This document shows positions 8,486-16,900 of a stretch of 47,363 bases of DNA, one piece after another; position 1 is the stretch's first letter; each line of letters opens with the position of its first letter. The stretch comes from Candidatus Woesearchaeota archaeon (GTDB taxonomy: Archaea; Nanobdellota; Nanobdellia; UBA10117; JABICX01): contig CAYTAB010000001.1 in the NCBI GenBank assembly GCA_964435825.1, forward strand, positions 1 through 47,363, read 5' to 3'. A program made the position numbers and the translations under genes. The notes under the pieces are model-generated. The model made no database searches and was not told where the DNA came from. It saw only the letters and a program-made list of their open reading frames with translations.

Positions 8486-8563
8486 TAATCTATCTCAATT
8501 TGTGTTTATAAATGTTTTGTTCTATGATGGTTTGTGATATATACTAAAAAATAAGAATAAAAT

Positions 8564-9442
8564 TTATCTGAGATGTGCTGATTTTTTAATGGTTTTCCAT
8601 TCATTAACATTAGTAAGCATTATATTGAGATTTTCAATATCTTCTATAACTTCTTCAAGAAAACTTTGGTTTTTAGAATCATATTTAAAAATAAGTTCAA
8701 GTGTTTTTTCTTTTGATTCAATTGCTTTTTTTATTGATTTTGTATCTTTATTGATTTGTGCTAGTTTTTTATAAGCATTGCTTGCATGAAAATGTTCTAT
8801 TAGTGATAACTGGGGATTTGATTTTTCATAAATTTCACCTGCTTTAATTTTAAGTTCTGCCCATTTTTCTGTCCAATATATTCTTTCTTCAAAAACTGAG
8901 CAATAGTTATTTTTTAGAAGATTTGCATTTCGTCCTGCTTTGCTAAAGTATTCTGCAGCTTTTAAGTCATCATTATCATATTCTTCAAAAATTTCACCAA
9001 GTCTGATTTCTAACTTTATTCTTTTTTTTAAATTATCTTTTAATAACTGATTGTTTTCCTCAGTTTCTAATTTATATGTTAGATGTAGGGATTTTTCGCA
9101 CATATTAATTGCTGTTTCATAAGCAGATATTCGTTTTTCTTTCCAATATGTTTTAGCTTGTTCTTCTGTCATTTTAAATGATGCAATTGTTGCTGCTCTG
9201 CCTGCTAAAGTTAGCAATGAAATTTTCTGCTCAAAGACATTGGGATTATATCCTCCTTTTAATGAGTTTGCACTATTTATACAAAAATCATATACTTCTT
9301 GACAAAAGTCGTAAGGATTTCCTTGTGAAAGTGTTTGTGTTATTAAGTCTGTAATGTTTCTTATTTTATTTATTGATTCATCATCAATTGACTGAGTTAA
9401 ATGTTCTTTTACCAAGAGTTCTTTTTCTAGTTCTGATATCAT
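8564..9442 (-). CDS. Hypothetical all-helical repeat protein (TPR/SNAP-like pattern)
   Basis: Recurrent hairpin-like motifs: AKTYWKEKRISAYETA, LGEIFEEYDNDDLKAAEYFSKAGRNA, ELKIKAGEIYEKSN and ASNAYKKLAQ. The family was not identified. Confidence 0.5.
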   Translation of the reverse strand: MISELEKELLVKEHLTQSIDDESINKIRNITDLITQTLSQGNPYDFCQEVYDFCINSANSLKGGYNPNVFEQKISLLTLAGRAATIASFKMTEEQAKTYWKEKRISAYETAINMCEKSLHLTYKLETEENNQLLKDNLKKRIKLEIRLGEIFEEYDNDDLKAAEYFSKAGRNANLLKNNYCSVFEERIYWTEKWAELKIKAGEIYEKSNPQLSLIEHFHASNAYKKLAQINKDTKSIKKAIESKEKTLELIFKYDSKNQSFLEEVIEDIENLNIMLTNVNEWKTIKKSAHLR

Positions 9443-9534
9443 GCTTTTGGATATTGTTATTTGTTTTTAATATTTTATATGTTATAATGTATTTATCACA
9501 AAACTTTTAATATGATTACTTACTTGAATTTATT

Positions 9535-11010
9535 ATGAAGATGCTTAAAACAGTTTTAGATTTTATATCTTTTACTAAGAAAAATCATTTTATCTGGGGT
9601 CCTGAACCTGAGATTTATGGAGGTTCTGCTGGTTTATATTCTTATGGTCCAAATGGTAAACTTTTGAAAAATAAGATTGAAAATAAACTTAGAGAGTTTT
9701 TTATCTCTCATAATTATTGGGAAATTGAATATCCATTAATTGTTCCAGAAGTTGTTTGGAAAGCTTCAGGTCATTTAGATAGATTTATTGATAGAGTTTT
9801 TGTTTGTTCAAAATGCAGAGCAAAAATTAGAGCAGATAGTTATCTTGAAGAAAAAGCCAAGATTGATGCATCTGCTTTTTCAGAATTGCAGTTGATTCAG
9901 GCAATGAAGATTAATAAATTAACTTGTCCTTTTTGCAAAGCAAGGTTTTTAGATAAAGTTGAAGAAGTGAATCTGATGATGAAAACTCAGCTTGGAACTG
10001 AAAATGCTTATCTACGGCCTGAGACTGCTACAACTACTTATTTGCCTTTTAGAAATTATTATGAGTTTTTTAGAAAAAAAATGCCTTTTGGTGTTTTTCA
10101 GATTGGAAAGGCATTTAGAAATGAGATTTCACCAAGGCAGAATGTTCTTCGCATGAGAGAATTTACTCAGGCAGAATCACAATTATTTATTTTTGAACAA
10201 GAAAAAAATTCAATTGATGGTTTTAATGAAATTAAGAATATTAAACTTCCATTGTGGAGCAGTGAGCTTCAGAGGAAGAAAAAGAAAGTTTCAGAAATTT
10301 CTTTAGCAGATGCATTAAAGAAAAAATGGATAGCTAATAAGGCAATGGCTATGACTTTGAATAATGCATATCAGATTGCAATTGCAGTTGGTTTGCCTAA
10401 AAATAAATTAAGATTTCGTCAGCATGCAAAGGAGGAGATGGCACATTATGCAAAAGATGCATGGGATTTGGAAGTTAGAACTCAGACATATGGATGGGTT
10501 GAAATAATTGGAAACCATGACCGCGGAATTTATGATTTAAAGCAACATTCAAAAGCTTCTGGCCAGAAATTAATTGCTGATGGCAAAACTCCAAATATTA
10601 TTGAATTAGCAGTAGGTATTGATCGTGTTTTGTTTTGCCTTTTAGATACTTGTTATTCTGAGGAAAAAGTCAGAGGTGAAGTAAGACATGTTTTGCATTT
10701 TAAAAAAGATATAGCTCCGATTCAGGCAGCAGTTTTTCCATTGGTTAATAAAGATAAATTACCTGATTTTGCAAGAGGTATTTATTCTCAGCTTAAAAAA
10801 GCTTTGCCAGGATTTACAATTGTTTATGATAGTGCAGGTTCAATTGGTAAGCGCTATCGGCGAATGGACCAGATTGGAACTCCTTTTTGCATAACAATTG
10901 ATTATGATTCTTTGAAAAATAAAGATGTTACAGTCAGGAACAGAGATTCAATGGCGCAGAAAAGAATTAAAATAACTAAATTAAATCAATTTATTAAAGA
11001 TAATATATAA
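9535..11010 (+). CDS. glyS: Glycine--tRNA ligase (class II, archaeal/eukaryotic type)
   Basis: FRNEISPRQNVLRMREFTQAE (motif 2), GIDRVLFCLL (motif 3) and the anticodon-binding domain IGKRYRRMDQIGTPFCITIDYDS. Confidence 0.9.
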   Translation: MKMLKTVLDFISFTKKNHFIWGPEPEIYGGSAGLYSYGPNGKLLKNKIENKLREFFISHNYWEIEYPLIVPEVVWKASGHLDRFIDRVFVCSKCRAKIRADSYLEEKAKIDASAFSELQLIQAMKINKLTCPFCKARFLDKVEEVNLMMKTQLGTENAYLRPETATTTYLPFRNYYEFFRKKMPFGVFQIGKAFRNEISPRQNVLRMREFTQAESQLFIFEQEKNSIDGFNEIKNIKLPLWSSELQRKKKKVSEISLADALKKKWIANKAMAMTLNNAYQIAIAVGLPKNKLRFRQHAKEEMAHYAKDAWDLEVRTQTYGWVEIIGNHDRGIYDLKQHSKASGQKLIADGKTPNIIELAVGIDRVLFCLLDTCYSEEKVRGEVRHVLHFKKDIAPIQAAVFPLVNKDKLPDFARGIYSQLKKALPGFTIVYDSAGSIGKRYRRMDQIGTPFCITIDYDSLKNKDVTVRNRDSMAQKRIKITKLNQFIKDNI

Positions 11011-11012
11011 AA

Positions 11013-11972
11013 TTATTTAATGTTTTCAATTCCTTTTTCAGAAATATATTTATTGAATTTTTCAAGAGCAGTTTTTTCTGGTGCAATTCCTGAGAGATTT
11101 GTTATTTTTTCAGATGCTGTTTGATAACCTTGTTCAAGCAAATTTTCATGCAAGTTTTGTATGAGCCTTCCTTCTTCATTTTTTTGAGAGTCAAGCCTTT
11201 TGAAGATTTCTTTTGCATTGATGTTTTCAGTTTCAGGATTTTTTGAGAATTCAGCATAGTTTTTTTCAAAATTATTAATTATTTCACTTAAATTCTCAAA
11301 GAAAGTTTCAGCTTTTTCATCTTTTTTTAAGATAAGTTCAGTATATTCTTTAAGTCCTGATTCAAACAAGTTTTCAACTACATAATTTAGATGATTTTTA
11401 TCAAATTTTTCTGATAATGCATCGAAAAATCCAACAATTTTTGGTAGAGTTTGACTGTTTTGCGGCTCTTCTTTTAAATATTCTTCAAGATGTTTGCAAA
11501 TTAAATTAGCATCAATTTTTAGATTGCATCTAGAATCTGGCAATAGTTTTGTTAGTGAGTTAAATCTTTTTGGAGTTTCTCTGATTGAGTAGAATAATGT
11601 TTCTGTGAATTCATCTACTAGTTTTTCATTTGGCTCAAAATTACTTAATGTCATTACTGTTTGGATTTCTTCTAGCAAGGTTCTCATATTTTTATAAAAT
11701 GTTTCTTTCTTTGTGTCATCAACTATTAATTCACCTTCGTCTCCTGTTATTTTTTCAAATATTTTTCCATATATTTGATTTACAGTTTTTTTAATAAAAT
11801 TAGAATAATTTTCTTTAGAAAGCTTATAGTTTTCATTAAATTTTGTTAATTGTTCTAAGGAAGTAATGTCATGTTTTTCTGCAATTTCAATTAATTTATC
11901 ATCTATGCTTGGAACAATAAATTCTTCATTTTTTTCTTTAAATGGTTTTGTAAGAATATTAAATAATCCCAT
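11013..11972 (-). CDS. Hypothetical acidic helical protein (320 aa after start trimming)
   Basis: The ORF-track start at 12152 overlaps the divergent gene. The first sensible ATG gives MGLFNILTKPFKEKNEE. No recognisable family. Confidence 0.5.
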   Translation of the reverse strand: MGLFNILTKPFKEKNEEFIVPSIDDKLIEIAEKHDITSLEQLTKFNENYKLSKENYSNFIKKTVNQIYGKIFEKITGDEGELIVDDTKKETFYKNMRTLLEEIQTVMTLSNFEPNEKLVDEFTETLFYSIRETPKRFNSLTKLLPDSRCNLKIDANLICKHLEEYLKEEPQNSQTLPKIVGFFDALSEKFDKNHLNYVVENLFESGLKEYTELILKKDEKAETFFENLSEIINNFEKNYAEFSKNPETENINAKEIFKRLDSQKNEEGRLIQNLHENLLEQGYQTASEKITNLSGIAPEKTALEKFNKYISEKGIENIK

Positions 11973-12099
11973 GTTATTATTATCTGGAAGTAAATCTTGT
12001 TTAAAAAGCTTTTTCTTATTTAATTTATATATTAGATTATATAATAATAGATTATTAGTTACAATAATAATTAAAAATAATCTTTTATTTACATATATC

Positions 12100-12594
12100 A
12101 TGAGTTTACAAGATATTTTAAAACAGCTTGATGATGAAGCAGATAAGCTCATTAAGGATTCTTTACATTCAGATTTTTCAATTGAAGATAGCTATCAATT
12201 TTATACAGATTTATTAGTTGATTTTATTAAGGGATTGGGAATTTTAGAAGTTGAAAAAAAAGTTCTTCCATATATTGATCAACAGTTTTGTATTTCTTTT
12301 GATCCTACAAAAAGCAAATTTTGCAGAAAAGACATTCTTCCTGAAAATTCAGATAAAGAAGAGTTGATCAGTCAACCTAAGCCAGAGATCTCAATTTATC
12401 TGCAATATCTTCAAAAAGAAGATTCTCATAGTGTTTCATATTTTAATGTTGAGCTTAAAGGTCTTTCAGAAGAAATAATGCATCAGGAATCTACTTTTCA
12501 AGATAAATATTCTATATTGCAATGGCAGGGATTATTAAATAAATTTTTTAATATTGATTCTGCATTAAAAAATAAGACTCTTTTTGATATTTAA
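12100..12594 (+). CDS. Hypothetical protein (164 aa after start trimming)
   Basis: The ATG at 12100 gives MSLQDILKQLDDEADKL. The upstream part of the track ORF is antisense to the neighbouring gene and is low-complexity L/I/N-rich. Confidence 0.5.
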   Translation: MSLQDILKQLDDEADKLIKDSLHSDFSIEDSYQFYTDLLVDFIKGLGILEVEKKVLPYIDQQFCISFDPTKSKFCRKDILPENSDKEELISQPKPEISIYLQYLQKEDSHSVSYFNVELKGLSEEIMHQESTFQDKYSILQWQGLLNKFFNIDSALKNKTLFDI

Positions 12595-12867
12595 CTATAT
12601 GAACTTTAATTCTGCAATAACTTTTTGATGTTCATTTATTTTTATTTTTAATAAGTTTCTACAGAAATTCACAATATCTTCTTCATCTTTTTCAACATAT
12701 CCATCTTTATAAACTGCCTTTAAAATTGTTTTGTAAATTTCTAATCGTGAGCTGTTTTCTTTTAATTCTGCAAGAGCATTTAAAATCTGGTCTTCATAAA
12801 TTGATACTTTTTTGTCATTTTCTCTTGCACGATGTTCGATTTTATTCATTATTTGAGATATTTTCAT
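12595..12867 (-). CDS. Hypothetical 90-aa helical protein, translationally coupled to the M50 protease gene
   Basis: There is an ATGA overlap at 12864-12867 with the upstream M50 gene. No TM segment and no recognisable motif. Confidence 0.5.
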   Translation of the reverse strand: MKISQIMNKIEHRARENDKKVSIYEDQILNALAELKENSSRLEIYKTILKAVYKDGYVEKDEEDIVNFCRNLLKIKINEHQKVIAELKFI

Positions 12868-13463
12868 AATAACACTCCTTTAATCATATAATATAATCCA
12901 ATTAAAACTTTTGAGCCGTCAAGAGGCGGAATTGGAAGCATATTAAATATAAATAACCATAGATTAATTCTTTTTGTTAGATAGATTATTGGAATATATT
13001 TTTTATCAACTTTTCCATATTTTAATAGCAGAGTGGCCCCACTAAATAATAATATGTTTGCTAGAGGACCTGCAAATGCAATAACAAATAATTGCACAGG
13101 TGTAGGTGAGCCAAGAATTGAGACATATCCAGGTGCAAAGAATATAAAACTAGAATTTGCAAGTCTAAGAACAATTCCAATTAAAAGACCACCTCCAGGA
13201 ATTCCAAAGAAAGTTCCAATAGTGTAATGTGCAGGTATGCCCATAATTAATGATGCAAATTTATGAAAAAGTTCGTGGATTAAAACTGCAGGCACTCCAA
13301 TAATTGCTGCTGTTTTAAATTGTTGCCAATCTATTGGTTTGTATAGTGATTTAACATATTCAAATGGATTTGAACTTCTAGTTATTGGAATAAATGCTGT
13401 AAAAATATAGCTTACAGCAATACTTGTAATTAGTATTTCAATTATTTCTGTTAGTGTAAACAT
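12864..13463 (-). CDS. Site-2-protease family (M50) intramembrane metalloprotease, minimal form
   Basis: HExxH lies in a TM helix (LIHELFHKF) and the second motif is NMLPIPPLDGSKV. The protein is polytopic and hydrophobic. Confidence 0.8.
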   Translation of the reverse strand: MFTLTEIIEILITSIAVSYIFTAFIPITRSSNPFEYVKSLYKPIDWQQFKTAAIIGVPAVLIHELFHKFASLIMGIPAHYTIGTFFGIPGGGLLIGIVLRLANSSFIFFAPGYVSILGSPTPVQLFVIAFAGPLANILLFSGATLLLKYGKVDKKYIPIIYLTKRINLWLFIFNMLPIPPLDGSKVLIGLYYMIKGVLL

Positions 13464-13639
13464 AGTTTTTTGTATGATTATAGATATTTAATGTTTTTTA
13501 ATTAACAGGTATTCAGGTAATTGTTGTATTTTAGAAGTAAAAACAATTTTTAGAACTGCGGTTTAGTATGTCTTTTTTTAAATTAACTACTTTTTTATTA
13601 AAAATTTAATATATAAACAACCTATTCTTAAAATATATT

Positions 13640-13954
13640 ATGTGTGTGGCGGTAAGAGGAGGTAAAAGGATTATTCCTTTAATTTTTGCATCTATGGCTA
13701 TTGCTTTAGTTGGTTTTCTCCTTTATTCATATTTAATTAGATTATTAGCTCCTGAAGAAAATGGAGTTACTTGTAGTGTTGATGAAGATTGCGTAGCTTC
13801 AGAGTGTTGTCACCCCTCTGAATGCGTACATGTAAGCCAACAGCCAGACTGTAAAACAGTGTTTTGTTCAATGGATTGTCAAGAGGGAACAATGGATTGC
13901 GGTCAAGGCAAATGTGGTTGTGTTAACGGCAAGTGCGAAGTAATTCGTGCTTAA
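13640..13954 (+). CDS. Membrane-anchored, cysteine-rich small protein (104 aa)
   Basis: The N-terminal anchor is IIPLIFASMAIALVGFLLYSYLI. It is followed by TCSVDEDCVASECCHPSECVHVSQQPDCKTVFCSMDCQEGTMDCGQGKCGCVNGKCEV, which has 12 Cys in about 60 residues. The stop is 17 nt before the subtilase ATG. Confidence 0.6.
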   Translation: MCVAVRGGKRIIPLIFASMAIALVGFLLYSYLIRLLAPEENGVTCSVDEDCVASECCHPSECVHVSQQPDCKTVFCSMDCQEGTMDCGQGKCGCVNGKCEVIRA

Positions 13955-13971
13955 AGGTATTGAGGTACTCA

Positions 13972-16900
13972 ATGAAGTACAAACTGGTACGAGAAGGTAT
14001 GTTAGCATTTTTGTTATTATTCTTAGTTATCCCTTTTTCTTTTGCATCTTTAAATTATCAGTCTGATGATTCAGTTCATATTCCTTCTAAGGTAATTGTT
14101 GTTCTAAAAGAAGGAGCAACAATTGATGATTTAGAGCTTAATAGAGTTTCTGAAATAGAGAGCAGTGAAAAACAAACTGCGTCACGAAATTATGCTTCTC
14201 GTGCCGTAACACAACAAGTAACTTTTGATTCTACAGATGACCATTTTAAAGTTATTAGAACCTTTGGAGGTGCTAATGCTTTTGCAGCAGAGATTACACC
14301 GACTACTTTTCTTGCTTTAGAGCAAAGTTCAGATGTTGAGAAGATTTACAATGCAGATGAATTTAAGTTTATGGCAATGCTTCAAGATTCAGCTGATTTA
14401 ATTAATGCTACCCAAGTTTATACTATTCAGGTGAATTCAACAAACATCACTGGTAAAAATCAGGTTGTTTGTATTGCAGATACTGGAATAGATTATACTC
14501 ATCCAGATTTTTGGGGTGAATATTTAAATCATTCAATTACTGATGCATTTGATTTAACAAGAATTATGCAAAACAGCGGTTTTAATATTGTTTCAGATAC
14601 AATTATTACTTCCTATGCAGATTCTGATTATCTACTAGCAAATATATCTTTTAGTAATAACATTTTTTATTTAAATTCTTTAATTTCAAAAAATTATTTC
14701 ACTGACTTTGAGCAAACTCAATTGCTTCAGAATGAGTCTGAGTTTGAGAGTTATGCAAACATTACTATTAATAATGGAACAGTTTCAGTTGAGAATAAAA
14801 CTGATGCATACTTTTTAGTAAAACTAAACCACTCTTCTGGATATGTGGGCGATGTAGTTCTTAGCTGGCAAGAAGCTAAGGACAATATGACAATAGAGGC
14901 GTTTGTAAGTCTAGATAATAAGACATCCTGGCAGCAGGTAACTAATTCAGAGGTAATATCGTCAGGTCAGACAAATGAAAACTATACGCAGATGTATTAT
15001 TTATTTAATTTTACATTGACTAATGTTACAGGATATGCAAATGTCTCTAATGTCATTATAAACTACACTCTTTATTCTATTGTGTCTGAGCCAGTAGTTG
15101 AGTTTTCTGTTGATGGGCAGGAGTGGATTAATGATTCTGCTCTTGAAACATATTGGCCTCCATATTATAATAATTCAATTTTATATTATCGGGTTAATTT
15201 AACAGATGTTTTGAATAATGTTACAATAAATATATCCAGTATTGAAACAAAGACTGTTTTAAATCCAAAAATAATCGGTGGATATGATTTTGTAAATAAT
15301 GATGCAGATGTTTTTGATGATACAGTTAGTTCTAAAGAAAGTCATGGAACTCATGTTGCAGGAATAATTGCAGCAAATGGCAAAATAAAAGGAATTGCTC
15401 CTGATGCAAAACTTGTGATTGTTAAGGTTCTGGATTCTGTTGGTTTTGATACTGGTGGAAATATAACCTCTGGAATTGAGTATTGTGCAAATTATTCAGA
15501 TACATTTGGAACAGAGATAAATGCAATTAGTGTAAGCATTGGAACATATTCTTATCATAGTTCAACTTATTGTGATGGTGATTTTCCAGATATGTCTGCA
15601 GCAATTGAAACTGCTGTTCTGAAAAATATTTCAGTGATTGTTGCAACTGGAAATGAGAACACAATTGGTGCAATTTCATCTCCTGCTTGTTTTGAAAATG
15701 TAACTCGTGTTGGAGCAACAGATAAAAGTTATAATATTGAATCTTACACAAACAGAGGAGATTATTTTGATATTTATCTTGCTCCAGGTTCTTCTATTAA
15801 TTCAACAGTTAAAACTGCTTCCTATGCTGAAAAATCTGGAACATCAATGGCTACACCACATGTGTCTGCAGTTATTGCTTTATTGTCTCAATATTTGCAA
15901 GAAACAGGAATTGATAGTTTAACTCCAAAAGAGTTTAGAACTTTGCTTGATGGAAGTGGAATGAAAATATATGATTCTCCTTCAAATGGAACATACACTT
16001 TTGTTGATGCATATCAGGCAATTGAAGATTTAAAGGTTTCTTTTTCAGTGGAAAACACAGGATATTATTTTGAAAAAGGAGAGATACTTAATTTTTCAAT
16101 TTCTAGTGATTTCTTTAATATCTCTGATGTGTTTTATGAAAATTCCTCTTCAAATGTAAGTCTGCCTAAATATTCTGAAGAGATGAAATGGTATTTAAAC
16201 ACAAGTGGTTGGAGTGTTGGAGAACATAACATTAGTTTATTTATTAATACAACAGATGACCAGATTTTTGAAAGACAATATTCTTTTGGAATTGATACAA
16301 AACCAAATATTACTTGGTGGAGTATAAGAACAAGAAATGAATCTGGTCAAGATGCAGTATTTAATGTTTCACAGCCAAATAATTATCAGATTTATGCTTA
16401 TGAAAAAAACAGGTCTATTGAGAACTTTTGGGCATATGTATCAGCAAATGATTCTGAGTCAGATTCAATTACTTATTTCTGGAAGGTTTCTCCTCAAATT
16501 AGCGGATCTGATTATTTGAATTATAATGGAACAGATTTTATTCAAAATATTTCTGGCTGGTTCCAGTCTCATGATGCAGGAACATATACTTTGGAGTTAA
16601 TTGCATCTGATAATAAACTTAATTCATCAATTAATTTTAATCTTACAGTTATTGACCCTTATCCACCATCTATTTCAACAATCCAGAATTTTGAAGATTT
16701 AGAAGAAGGAGATGTTTTTACACTTAATGTAACGCCTTTTGTTACTAATCCAGATAATGATGCTCTTACTTATTCTTTAAGTTCAGATGCTACCAATGAT
16801 GGTTTTGTTATTAATTCAAAAGGAATTCTGTCCTATGATGATGGAGCATTTGATTGTGGTGATGCAGATAATTATTATATTATTGTTTATGTTTCAGATG

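Noticed and set aside
8524-8581. Possible box C/D sRNA (atgatgg ... ctga ... ctga)
   Set aside because: The C box is imperfect (AUGAUGG). No D'/C' pair sits at the required spacing. The 3' part overlaps the end of the 292-aa CDS. It is not supported.
11866-12152. Mutually overlapping 5' extensions of the two divergent ORFs 11013-12152 (minus) and 11866-12594 (plus)
   Set aside because: The extensions are L/I/N/K-rich low-complexity reading of the shared AT-rich promoter spacer. Both genes were trimmed to the first ATG that yields a sensible N-terminus (11972 and 12100).
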